From Calditrichota bacterium (lineage in GTDB: Bacteria; Electryoneota; RPQS01): a stretch of 64,000 nucleotides of DNA. The notes beneath the pieces are model-generated. The model was not told where the DNA came from. It made no database searches and saw nothing but the letters and a program-made list of their open reading frames with translations. The stretch is from NCBI GenBank assembly GCA_020637445.1, contig JACJVZ010000001.1, positions 1,647,947 to 1,711,946 on the forward strand. The letters are read 5' to 3'. Position numbers and translations under genes: made by a program. Each line of letters begins with the position of its first letter. Position 1 is the first letter of the stretch. This document shows positions 30,089 to 39,107 of the stretch, piece after piece.

Positions 30089-31441
30089 CTACTCCGAAAG
30101 TGTAACTGAATTCTCTGCCATTTTTTTCAAATCCGCAAAAAAGCCGGGATACGACACCGCCGCGCACTCGGCCTGTTCAATCGTCGTGACGCCTTCCGCA
30201 ACAAGTCCGGCCAAAGCAAACGCCATCGCGATGCGGTGATCATGGTTTGGCGAAATCTTCACGCCTTTTCGTTTCTTGCCGCCGGTGACGTGGAGGTTTT
30301 GTCCGGTAACGGAGACGTCAGCGCCCATTTCTGCAAGTCCTTCCACAATCGCCTGCAAACGGTCGCTTTCTTTGAGGCGCAATTCGCCGACGTTCTCGAA
30401 AATCGACTCGCCGTCAATTGTGGCCGCAAGCACCGCGAGCGCGGGGATTTCGTCAATGAGCCCCGGCACATCTTGAGTCGTGATTCGCAGCGGCCGCAAC
30501 ACTCCATATTTGAAGTGGAGCGAACCCGCCGGTTCACCGGCCGTGGTGCGCTCGACACGTTCAACAATGTCCGCACCAGAGTTTTTCAGACTTCGAATCC
30601 AGCTTGTGCGAGTCGGGTTCAAGACGACATTCTTCAACTCAATGTCCGAGCCCGTCACGAGCGAAGCCGCCACGGCCCAAAACGCGGCGCTTGAAATGTC
30701 GCCCGGAATCGTGCCGCGCAATACCAGAGTCGCGTCAGGAACGTTCGATTTGTCTACGCTCCACCAGCCGTCGGCGTCTTGCGCAAGTCCCAGTAATCTT
30801 TCAGTATGATCGCGCGAGGGAAACGGTTCGCGCACACGCGTCGCTCCATTCGCTGAAAGTCCAGCTAACAAAAGCGCGCTTTTGACTTGCGCGCTTGAAA
30901 GGGTTAAGTTGTGATCCGTGCCTACAAGTGGTCGACCTATCAATCGCGCGGGTAAAACGCCTCCCGGACTGAGCTCAATTTGCGCGCCCATCGTACGCAA
31001 CGGCTGCGCGACACGCTCCATGGGACGATTGGAAAGTGACTCGTCGCCTTCTAACGTCCATTCACCGTCGCGCCCGGCCAGTACTCCCATCAGCAGTCTC
31101 GCTGTGGTGCCCGAATTTCTGCAATCGAGTGTTGCCTTGCGAACGGTTTCGCGGTGCTTGATCGTAACGAAGACTTCGCCGCGTTCGACACGTTTTCCAA
31201 GCGATACGAGACAGCGCAGCGCGGTTTCGCAGTCTTCTCCCGCCCCAAAGTTTGTTAACCGAATTGTGTCGGGCGTGTACAAGGAGAGCAGCGCACGTCG
31301 AATCGACACGGATTTGTCGCCGGACAGCGTCAACTGTGCGAACAGCGGAGACGCGGCGGCGGTGATACGCGCGACGCTCACCCTACTTTCCGCGGCGGGA
31401 CAATGTCCGTCCCACGATCGGAGCAAGCCTTGCAAGATCAC
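30089..31441 (-). CDS. aroA: 3-phosphoshikimate 1-carboxyvinyltransferase (EPSP synthase, AroA). The ORF start at 31441 overlaps the upstream DAHP synthase by 59 nt. An in-frame GTG at 31379-31381 is a plausible non-overlapping start.
   Basis: 'LSGDKSVSIRRALLSLY', 'LRCLVSLG', 'NSGTTARLLMGVLAG'. 450 aa. Confidence 0.9.
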   Translation of the reverse strand: MILQGLLRSWDGHCPAAESRVSVARITAAASPLFAQLTLSGDKSVSIRRALLSLYTPDTIRLTNFGAGEDCETALRCLVSLGKRVERGEVFVTIKHRETVRKATLDCRNSGTTARLLMGVLAGRDGEWTLEGDESLSNRPMERVAQPLRTMGAQIELSPGGVLPARLIGRPLVGTDHNLTLSSAQVKSALLLAGLSANGATRVREPFPSRDHTERLLGLAQDADGWWSVDKSNVPDATLVLRGTIPGDISSAAFWAVAASLVTGSDIELKNVVLNPTRTSWIRSLKNSGADIVERVERTTAGEPAGSLHFKYGVLRPLRITTQDVPGLIDEIPALAVLAATIDGESIFENVGELRLKESDRLQAIVEGLAEMGADVSVTGQNLHVTGGKKRKGVKISPNHDHRIAMAFALAGLVAEGVTTIEQAECAAVSYPGFFADLKKMAENSVTLSE

Positions 31442-32213
31442 CGACTAACTCAGAGAATTCTTCGGGATCAAGCGACTGGTAGCCGTCGGAAAGCGCATGC
31501 TCGGGTTCCGGGTGCATTTCGATCAAAACACCGTCCGCACCAGCGGCAATGGACGCGCGCGCCATCGGCGCAACCAATTCCGCGCGACCCGTACCGTGCG
31601 AGGGATCCGTAATCACCGGCAAATGTGTCAATTGCTTGAGTGCGGGAACGATATTCAAGTCGAGCGTGTTGCGCGTAAAATCCGAAAAAGTTCGTATGCC
31701 GCGCTCGCACAAGACGACTTGAGAATTACCCGCAGCCAGAACATATTCTGCGGCGTGCAGAAACTCATCCAGCGTCGCCGCCATCCCGCGCTTCAGAAGT
31801 ATCGGTTTGCCCGTCGCAGCAGCCTGTTTAAGCAAAACGTAATTGTGCATATTTCGCGTGCCGATTTGCAGCATATCTGCATGAGCTGCGGCCAACAGCA
31901 CGCTCTCTTCATCGACGACTTCCGTCACAATCGGCAATCCCGAGACCCTGCGCGCCTCACTCAACAGTTTCAAGCCCGCTTCTCCCAATCCCGAGAAAGC
32001 ATATGGCGACGTGCGCAGTTTGAATGCGCCGCCTCGCAGCAAATGCGCTCCGCTGGCGGCGGCCTTTTCAGCGGCAGTCATCAACTGTTGTGCGGATTCG
32101 ACTGCACAAGGGCCGGCAATCAGGGCCAGCTCTTGGCCACCTATCGCAACGCCGCGCACCGCGACAATCGTGTCGTCAGGATGTACGCGCCGCAACACGC
32201 GGTGGTAGGCCAT
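31383..32213 (-). CDS. 3-deoxy-7-phosphoheptulonate (DAHP) synthase, type I-beta (KDO8P-synthase-like). The ORF extends to 32372; the probable start is MAYHRVLRR at 32213.
   Basis: 'LIAGPCAVESAQQLMTAAE', 'KLRTSPYAFSGLGEAGLKLL', 'PVITDPSHGTGRAELVAPMARASIAAGADGVLIEMHPEPEHALSDGYQSL'. Confidence 0.85.
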   Translation of the reverse strand: MAYHRVLRRVHPDDTIVAVRGVAIGGQELALIAGPCAVESAQQLMTAAEKAAASGAHLLRGGAFKLRTSPYAFSGLGEAGLKLLSEARRVSGLPIVTEVVDEESVLLAAAHADMLQIGTRNMHNYVLLKQAAATGKPILLKRGMAATLDEFLHAAEYVLAAGNSQVVLCERGIRTFSDFTRNTLDLNIVPALKQLTHLPVITDPSHGTGRAELVAPMARASIAAGADGVLIEMHPEPEHALSDGYQSLDPEEFSELVGDLARLAPIVGRTLSRRGK

Positions 32214-32542
32214 TGAACCACTGACTTCGGGATGCGCATATTGCCCGGCGGACAGGGAGGTTTGCCGTTCAGTACGGCTATCGGCAAGCGGATTCTTGGG
32301 ATCTCGAGACATAGCTTCTGCAGTTCTTCGTAAATTGCTGCTAATAATACAAAAAATCGCCTTCTTATTCAAGGAAAACGACAGTGGGTCGCGAAAACTT
32401 GGACAATTGCTGAATTTATAAAATATTAGTAATTATAACGTTATGTTTTATCTTATGGGAACTGGGGAACTTTTTTCACTCGAAATCGTCAATGGGGTAA
32501 GTCCCCCGCGCCATCCCTCCCCACAACCCCACCTCTACTCAA

Positions 32543-34600
32543 ATGACCTTTAAGCATCAGTGGCTGCTGATTAGCTTGGCTTTGCTCATAGCTTTTGCCG
32601 TATTCAGCTCATGTTCCGGGCCTGCTCCCTCAGCGCGCCTTCCCTTCCCATTCAAGACTGCGGCAGAAGCCGTGGCAGACGAAACCTCATCGGAGTCAAA
32701 CTCAATGTCTCATCCGCAACTTCCGACGTCCCGCGTGCGCGCGCCGGAGTTTCCGCGCGATTTTGCGTGGGTGAACACGGACCGTCCGCTCTACATCCAA
32801 GATCAACTCAATGGCCGAGTCGTGGTGTTGGACTTTTGGACCTATTGCTGCATCAACTGTATGCACATACTTCCCGATCTCGAATATATCGAAAAGAAAT
32901 ATGCAGGCCAGCCTGTGGTCGTGATCGGCGTGCATTCGGCGAAATTCGACAATGAAAGCGACAAGGAAAACATCTTGACCGCTTGTCAACGCTACGATAT
33001 TGCACATCCTGTGATCGTGGACGAGAATCACCGCATTTGGTCAGAGTACGGCGTGCGCGCGTGGCCGACCCTTGCTGTCGTCGACGCCGAAGGGAGAGTG
33101 GTCGGTCAACTCTCCGGCGAAGGCAACCGCGAAGTTCTCGACGGCGTCGTTCAAGCCTTGCTTGACGAGGGTCGCGAAAAAGGCGTGCTCGCCGCTGGTC
33201 CACCCGAATTCAAACAAGACGCGCGCGTTCCGGCGGCTTCGGGACTTGCTTTTCCCGGAAAAGTTGAAGCAGAGAAGGACCGCGTGTTTATATCTGACTC
33301 GAATCATGACCGCATTGTGATCGCGGACAGCAGTGGGAATGTGCTTGCAATAGCCGGTTCAGGCAAGAAAGGCAACAAAGACGGGTCGTTCGCAGAAGCG
33401 GAATTTGACAATCCGCAAGGTGTGGCCTACGACGAACAGAAAAATGTTCTCTATGTCGCGGACACGGATAATAATACGATTCGAAAATTGGATATCGCCG
33501 CACAGACCGTCACGACGATAAGCGGCACGGGTGAACAAGTCTACGATCGGCTCGGCGGTGGAATAGGAACGGCTCAAGGCTTGAACAGTCCGTGGGATCT
33601 TGTCCTGCATGGCAACACCCTTTATATAGCGATGGCGGGACCGCATCAATTGTGGGCTCTCGATTTGCCGACGGGAGTTGCGCGCGCGTGGGTCGGATCG
33701 GGCCGCGAAGACATCTACGACGGTACGGGAACCCGCTCGGCTGCTCTGGCCCAGCCGTCGGGATTGTGGCTCGACGGCGACTGGCTGTACTTTGCGGACA
33801 GTGAAGTAAGCGCCGTGCGCCGCGCCAACATCAATACAGCGGACGTCGAGACTCTGGTCGGCAGCGGACTCTTCGATTTCGGAGACAAAGTGGGCTCATT
33901 CAAGAATACGCTCTTGCAGCATCCGCTGGGAGTCGCCGTTTACAAGGGCGACGTCTTGGTTGCGGATACGTACAATCATCGCATAAAGAAGTTGAATCAA
34001 ACATCCAAGGAATCAAGTTTCCTGATTGGTTCAGGCTCTCCCGACCTTGCGACGGAAACGCCCGACAAACTTTCGCTCTACGAGCCCGGTGGAATTTCTG
34101 TCAACGGCGATTGGCTCTACATCGCTGACACGAACCACGACCGCATCATCCGCGTATCATTGAAAGACAATTCGTGGAGCGAATTCAAACTAAAAGGATT
34201 GCGGACGATGGAATCCACGACGATGGACCACGACGCAACGGCGGACGCAGCGATTGAATTCCAGACAGGAAACGACCTCGTATTAAGTTTAGGCGCGCAG
34301 CTTCCTTCGGGAGTTCACCTGAACAAGGAAGCACCACTTGCCTACAGCGTGAATCTCGGCAACGGCTCTCCGATCGAAGGATTGGCTTCCAAGCATGAGC
34401 TGCCCGTGAAAGTGACGATACCGGCTGCAAGTCTAAAACCCGGCGACGCCGACGCGACGTTGTTCTTTGCCTATTGCACGGACAAGGACGCGGGGCTGTG
34501 CGTACCCGTTTCCGTAGGTTACAAAATTCACTTGACGGAAGATGCAAACGCAAACGGCATGGCGGAAGTGTCGGCAACCATAAAGTCTCTCCCGCAATAA
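32543..34600 (+). CDS. Secreted thioredoxin-fold (redoxin / TlpA-like, CxxC) protein fused to an NHL-repeat beta-propeller (NHLRC2-like architecture).
   Basis: Signal peptide. 'VVLDFWTYCCINCMHILPDLEYIEKKY' (CxxC). 'VIGVHSAKFDNE'. NHL repeats 'VLYVADTDNNTIRKLD', 'VLVADTYNHRIKKL', 'LYIADTNHDRIIRV'. Confidence 0.8.
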   Translation: MTFKHQWLLISLALLIAFAVFSSCSGPAPSARLPFPFKTAAEAVADETSSESNSMSHPQLPTSRVRAPEFPRDFAWVNTDRPLYIQDQLNGRVVVLDFWTYCCINCMHILPDLEYIEKKYAGQPVVVIGVHSAKFDNESDKENILTACQRYDIAHPVIVDENHRIWSEYGVRAWPTLAVVDAEGRVVGQLSGEGNREVLDGVVQALLDEGREKGVLAAGPPEFKQDARVPAASGLAFPGKVEAEKDRVFISDSNHDRIVIADSSGNVLAIAGSGKKGNKDGSFAEAEFDNPQGVAYDEQKNVLYVADTDNNTIRKLDIAAQTVTTISGTGEQVYDRLGGGIGTAQGLNSPWDLVLHGNTLYIAMAGPHQLWALDLPTGVARAWVGSGREDIYDGTGTRSAALAQPSGLWLDGDWLYFADSEVSAVRRANINTADVETLVGSGLFDFGDKVGSFKNTLLQHPLGVAVYKGDVLVADTYNHRIKKLNQTSKESSFLIGSGSPDLATETPDKLSLYEPGGISVNGDWLYIADTNHDRIIRVSLKDNSWSEFKLKGLRTMESTTMDHDATADAAIEFQTGNDLVLSLGAQLPSGVHLNKEAPLAYSVNLGNGSPIEGLASKHELPVKVTIPAASLKPGDADATLFFAYCTDKDAGLCVPVSVGYKIHLTEDANANGMAEVSATIKSLPQ

Positions 34601-34621
34601 ACACAAAACCGACTCATAGCA

Positions 34622-34660
34622 AAGCGGGCGGCCCAATGGTCGCCCGCTTCTCATTTCTTT
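34622..34660 (+). terminator. Rho-independent terminator (aagcgggcg-gcccaatggt-cgcccgctt, followed by ctcatttcttt).
   Basis: 9-bp GC stem with a U-rich tail, between convergent genes (34600 + / 34671 -). Confidence 0.6.
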
Positions 34661-34670
34661 AGCGATGAAT

Positions 34671-35336
34671 TTACGCAATCTCGTTCAAAATTGCCGCGCC
34701 GCTTGACGTGCCAATACGTTCCGCTCCGGCTTGAATCATTTTTTCGAAATCAGCGAGCGTTCTAATTCCGCCGGACGCCTTCACTTTCAATCCGTGTGCC
34801 GCGACTTCCTTGTGCATCAGGGCCACCGCTTCCAGCGTTGCGCCGCCCGGCCCGAAACCCGTCGACGTTTTCACCCACTGCGCTTTGGCCTTCACGCACA
34901 ATTCGCAGGCCTTGACGATCTGACTTTCAGAAAGCATCGCCGTTTCGAATATCACTTTCAACGACGCACCTGTTCTGCGGCAAGCATCCGCAACCGCCCG
35001 AATGTCATGTTCGACCGCGGCGAAATCTCCGCTGAGCATACCTCCGATCCACAACACCATATCAATCTCGGTGGCGCCGTCATGGATTGCTTGCAACGCT
35101 TCCGCGACTTTTGACTCCGTGCTCGTCGCGCCAAGCGGAAATCCGACGACCGTACATACGGAAACCTCACTGCCGGCCAGCTTCTTTGCGCACTGTGGGA
35201 CAAAACGCGCGTTGACGCAAACAGTTTTGAAATTGAGCTTCAGTGCTTCGTCACACAGCTTGTCGATCTGCGCTGCGGTTGCCTCAGCCTTAAGTATAGT
35301 GTGGTCAATCAGCGCCGCAGCTTCGGACTTCGTCAT
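34671..35336 (-). CDS. deoC: Deoxyribose-phosphate aldolase (DeoC).
   Basis: 'IDHTILKAEAT', 'VCVNARFV', 'VCTVVGFPLGA', Schiff-base region 'VKTSTGFG'. 221 aa. Confidence 0.92.
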   Translation of the reverse strand: MTKSEAAALIDHTILKAEATAAQIDKLCDEALKLNFKTVCVNARFVPQCAKKLAGSEVSVCTVVGFPLGATSTESKVAEALQAIHDGATEIDMVLWIGGMLSGDFAAVEHDIRAVADACRRTGASLKVIFETAMLSESQIVKACELCVKAKAQWVKTSTGFGPGGATLEAVALMHKEVAAHGLKVKASGGIRTLADFEKMIQAGAERIGTSSGAAILNEIA

Positions 35337-35450
35337 GGCATCTCCAATTCATGTTTACGCAAATATACGAGTTGGCATTCAAATTCGCAAGAGTAAAAAC
35401 AAAACGGCCGCAGACATTGCTGCGGCCGGCGAATCTTGACTTTACAAACT

Positions 35451-36092
35451 CTATGCTTCTTGCGCGGCCTGCTGTTCCGCGAGCTTTTTCGCTCGAAATG
35501 CTTCTTCCATCGGTTTGACTTTCGTTTCGTAGCAGTCGGGGCAAATCGAATGCGAGAATTGCACGTCCTGATGGTCGGAAATATACTCTTCGATTTGCGA
35601 CCACAGATTCTCGTCGTCGCGAATTTTCTTGCAGTAAGAACAAATCGGCAGGAAGCCCTGCAGCATCTTCACGTGTTGGCGCTCGGCTTCAAGCTCTTTG
35701 ACCCGGTTGGCAAGGCTGTCTTGAAGCTGCATGATACGCTTGCCGACGCGGAGCCGCGCGCGCAATTGATCAGGGTCAATCGGTTTCGTCAAGAACTCGT
35801 CGACTCCGGCGAGCATTCCGGCCATCATGTCGTCTTTGTCTTGCCTCGACGTAAGCATCACGATGTACGTATACTCCGATTCTGCAAAAGCGCGAATCGT
35901 TTTGACAACCGTCGGCCCCTCCATCTCGGGCATCATCCAGTCCGTAATGAGCATTTTGGGTCGATGCTCAAGAAACACCTTAAGCGCATCCGTTCCGTTG
36001 ACCGCGACGAGCGGCTCATATCCAAACTTCGAAAGCAACCTCTCGAGCGTCAACAATGTGACACGGTCGTCATCTACGGCAAGTACTTTCAT
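35451..36092 (-). CDS. Response regulator receiver (REC) domain protein with a C-terminal Cys-rich module (C-x-x-C ... C-P-D-C) of unknown function.
   Basis: 'MKVLAVDDD...MLITDWMMPEMEG...YIVMLTS' (REC with phospho-acceptor Asp). C-terminal 'LPICSYCKKIRDDENLWSQIEEYISDHQDVQFSHSICPDCYE'. Confidence 0.8.
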   Translation of the reverse strand: MKVLAVDDDRVTLLTLERLLSKFGYEPLVAVNGTDALKVFLEHRPKMLITDWMMPEMEGPTVVKTIRAFAESEYTYIVMLTSRQDKDDMMAGMLAGVDEFLTKPIDPDQLRARLRVGKRIMQLQDSLANRVKELEAERQHVKMLQGFLPICSYCKKIRDDENLWSQIEEYISDHQDVQFSHSICPDCYETKVKPMEEAFRAKKLAEQQAAQEA

Positions 36093-36460
36093 GCGGACAG
36101 TTCACTCTTGATGTTCAGAAGTTCTTCCTTGACAAGTGAAAACTCCTCTTCGACCTTGTCAACTTGATCGTCGGTGATCGCGATCCTCAGCTTCCGCACG
36201 GTATCGTCAATCTCTGCGCACAGCGTCGCCAGCGTCAACGCTCCGACGTTAAGCGCGGCTCCCTTGAGTGAATGAGCGGTACGTCCGACTTCCTCGCAGT
36301 CGCCGGTCGTAAAGGAAGCACGAATTTTCTCGATACGCTCCATACCGTCGACAAGCATAATATCAATCAAATCGACGGTGAAGGACGGATCGCCCATACC
36401 GATTTCGTCAAGCCTCGCGCGGCTCACGTGCGGGGTGGAACTTGTTATAGAGTTCTCCAT
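36089..36460 (-). CDS. Histidine phosphotransfer (Hpt) domain protein. Its stop overlaps the start of the downstream REC gene (ATGA).
   Basis: 'GRTAHSLKGAALNVGA' (Hpt phospho-histidine motif). 123 aa. Confidence 0.75.
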   Translation of the reverse strand: MENSITSSTPHVSRARLDEIGMGDPSFTVDLIDIMLVDGMERIEKIRASFTTGDCEEVGRTAHSLKGAALNVGALTLATLCAEIDDTVRKLRIAITDDQVDKVEEEFSLVKEELLNIKSELSA

Positions 36461-36602
36461 AGTAATCGACTGTTTAAGATCGGCTATTTTACGGATTCAC
36501 CCGTGAATGTGCAATAAATACGCCGTTTCGGACAATGTGGGGAGTTGTAATCATCGGTACATCCTTTGCAATATGCACGGTGTTGACTATAAGGAGTTCG
36601 GA

Positions 36603-37445
36603 ATGAGATACATTCTTCCCGTTTTACTGGTGTTTTCTGCCGCAGCGTTGGCCGGCGACCATGCTCAAACGTGCACTGTGGACGAGGCCCTATCGAACCT
36701 GCGGAAAGGGAACGAACGATTCGTCAAAGGCAAACCCAACGTTTGGGACAGCGGATCCGCGAAGCGAGAACATCTTACCGCCGGTCAGACTCCGTATGCG
36801 TGTGTCATCACGTGTTCGGACTCGCGCGTGCCGCCGGAGCAGATTTTCGACGCCGGACTGGGCGAATTGTTTGTGATTCGCGTAGCGGGCAACGTCGCCT
36901 CTAAGGAGGTTGTTGCCTCGGCAGACTATGCAGTCGGGCACCTGCATTGCCCAGTTGTGATCGTGATGGGCCACACGAACTGTGGTGCGGTCGGAGCAGC
37001 CCTATCGGACTCGGACTTCCCAGAACCATTGAACACGCTTATCGAAGAAATCCGCCCGTCCGTCGAAGCCTGCGAGTCGAAAGGTTATGGCAGCGAGAAT
37101 CTCTACGCAGGTGCAATCAAAGAGAATGCCCGCAACTCCGCAGCGGCTCTGCTGTCGGGATCTCTGAGTATCGAGCAGGCTGTCGCCGACGGTGAGTGCG
37201 TCGTGCTTTCTGCGGTGTATGATCTCGCCACGGGTGCGGTACAATGGCAGTCTCAAATGGGTGCGGCCAAGATTGCGCAGGTCGAACCGAAGAAAGAAGC
37301 GAAACCCAAAGTGACGCACGAACCAAAGCCTGCCGAACCGACTCACGAATCCGTAGCCAAGACGGAAAAGAAGTATACCGACACGCCGGCGGACCAAACA
37401 CAATCGTCTCGCAGTTCAAAACGCGATTCGAAATATAAGCACTGA
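36603..37445 (+). CDS. Beta-class carbonic anhydrase, probably periplasmic (signal peptide), with a Lys/Pro/Glu-rich C-terminal tail. The ORF opens at 36507. The ATG at 36603 is preceded by AAGGAG.
   Basis: 'CSDSRVPPEQIFDAGLGELFVIRVAGN', 'HTNCGAV' (beta-CA zinc ligands Cys/His/Cys). 'MRYILPVLLVFSAAALAG' signal peptide. SD 'taaggagttcggaATG'. Confidence 0.85.
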   Translation: MRYILPVLLVFSAAALAGDHAQTCTVDEALSNLRKGNERFVKGKPNVWDSGSAKREHLTAGQTPYACVITCSDSRVPPEQIFDAGLGELFVIRVAGNVASKEVVASADYAVGHLHCPVVIVMGHTNCGAVGAALSDSDFPEPLNTLIEEIRPSVEACESKGYGSENLYAGAIKENARNSAAALLSGSLSIEQAVADGECVVLSAVYDLATGAVQWQSQMGAAKIAQVEPKKEAKPKVTHEPKPAEPTHESVAKTEKKYTDTPADQTQSSRSSKRDSKYKH

Positions 37446-37466
37446 GTGCGCAAGGCAGAAAATAGA

Positions 37467-37500
37467 AACGGTAGGTCTCACGACCTACCGTTTTCAATTT
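37467..37500. terminator. Bidirectional Rho-independent terminator (aacggtaggtc-tcac-gacctaccgtt with flanking A/T runs).
   Basis: 11-bp perfect stem between convergent genes (37445 + / 37520 -). Confidence 0.75.
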
Positions 37501-37519
37501 GTGCAGCTGCTTTGCGAGC

Positions 37520-38620
37520 CTAAGCCGTCGCTCCAGCTTTGAGTTTTGAAGCAATGGCGGAAATTAAGTCGTCATATGATTTCGCGAACTTGACCACGCC
37601 GTCCTCGATCAAATCAAAGGCGATTTGATCGATGTCCACACCGAGACTCTTCATTTCGGTTAAAGTTTTCTCTGCGGACTCCATGTTCTTCAGCAGATTG
37701 GCTGCGGGTTTACCGTGATCTTTGAAGGCCGAAAGAGTTTGGGGGGGTACGGTGTTGACCGTGTGTTGCGCAATCAGTTCGTCGACATAGAGAGTGTCGG
37801 GGTAAGCGGGATTTTTGGTCGATGTTGAAGCCCAAAGCGGACGCTGGACTTGTGCACCTGCGTCGGCGAGTTTTTTCCAGCGCGGAGATGCGGTGACTGT
37901 TTGGAAATGTTTGTACGCCATGCACGCATTGGCGATGGCACCCTTCGAGCATAGATCCTTGCGCCCTTTCTTCTCGAGCTGCGCGTCGGCGACGGTATCA
38001 ATGCGGCTGACAAAGAAGCTTGCTACTGAAGCGATTCTCGACAGGTCCTCGCCTTTTGCGTGACGAGCTTCGAGCGCTTTGATATAGGTTTCTAAGACAT
38101 CGACGTACTGCTGGAAAGTGAAAAGCAGCGTGACGTTGACGTTGATGCCGCGCGTCAGCAATTCCAAAATCGCAGGCTGACCTTCGACGGTACCGGGAAC
38201 TTTGATCATCAGGTTGGGGCGATTGACACGCTCCCACAGACGCAGGGCTTCGGTGACGGTACCCTTTGTGTCATGCGCAAGCGTGGGCGAAACCTCGAGG
38301 CTGACGTAGCCGTCGATGGTTTTGGAATCCTGATAGACGCCCGAAAGCATATTGCAGGCGCGCGCGACATCGCTGACGGCGAGGTTTTCAAAAACTTCGT
38401 TCGCCGTCAACTCGCTGGCGATACCCTTTCGGATATCGTCGTCGTAATCTTCGCTGCCGGCAACCGCTTTCTCGAAAATCGTAGGATTCGACGTCATTCC
38501 GCGTAGCCCTTCGGCAACGTGACGTTCGAGACCTCCGGAATCCATTAACTCACGGCTGATATAGTCGAGCCACAACGATTGACCGAGGTCCAAAGTGGCT
38601 TTCATAATGGGATGACTCAT
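37520..38620 (-). CDS. tal: Transaldolase.
   Basis: 'LWLDYISRELMDSGGLE', 'GMTSNPTIFEKA', 'GYVSLEVSP', 'MIKVPGTVEG', 'GINVNVTLLFT'. 366 aa. Confidence 0.9.
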   Translation of the reverse strand: MSHPIMKATLDLGQSLWLDYISRELMDSGGLERHVAEGLRGMTSNPTIFEKAVAGSEDYDDDIRKGIASELTANEVFENLAVSDVARACNMLSGVYQDSKTIDGYVSLEVSPTLAHDTKGTVTEALRLWERVNRPNLMIKVPGTVEGQPAILELLTRGINVNVTLLFTFQQYVDVLETYIKALEARHAKGEDLSRIASVASFFVSRIDTVADAQLEKKGRKDLCSKGAIANACMAYKHFQTVTASPRWKKLADAGAQVQRPLWASTSTKNPAYPDTLYVDELIAQHTVNTVPPQTLSAFKDHGKPAANLLKNMESAEKTLTEMKSLGVDIDQIAFDLIEDGVVKFAKSYDDLISAIASKLKAGATA

Positions 38621-38643
38621 CTATCTCTCCTCGTTTTGTTTCA

Positions 38644-39093
38644 TTATCGTCCGGCTTTTTCGATCTCGAGCACTTTGTTCAAGCGCCTTTGATGGCGCTC
38701 GAGTCCCGAGAATTTCGCGGCCAAGAACGCTCTGACCACTTCGCGCGCCAGTTCGACACCGATGATGCGCGCCCCCAAACAGAGCGCATTCATATCGTCA
38801 TCTTCAACGCCTTGGCGCGCGGAGAACGTATCGTGACACGTTCCGGCGCGAATACCTTTGACTTTGTTCGCAGCAACGCACGCTCCAACGCCGCTGCCGC
38901 AAATGATCAATCCTCGGTCGGCACGGTTTTCGACTATTTCGCGCGCGACCGCACGTGCGAAGTCCGGATAATCGGCGGCTTCGGTTGAGTGTGTGCCCAT
39001 ATCCACGACCTGATGGCCAAGTCCGGCCACCATATTCACCAACTCTCTCTTCAGTTCAAACCCAGCGTGGTCGCTTCCGACGGCGACAATCAT
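38644..39093 (-). CDS. rpiB: Ribose-5-phosphate isomerase B (RpiB/LacAB family).
   Basis: 'MIVAVGSDHAGFELK', 'GLIICGSGVGACVAANK'. 149 aa. Confidence 0.9.
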   Translation of the reverse strand: MIVAVGSDHAGFELKRELVNMVAGLGHQVVDMGTHSTEAADYPDFARAVAREIVENRADRGLIICGSGVGACVAANKVKGIRAGTCHDTFSARQGVEDDDMNALCLGARIIGVELAREVVRAFLAAKFSGLERHQRRLNKVLEIEKAGR

Positions 39094-39107
39094 CTCAAAG
39101 CTCCTGA

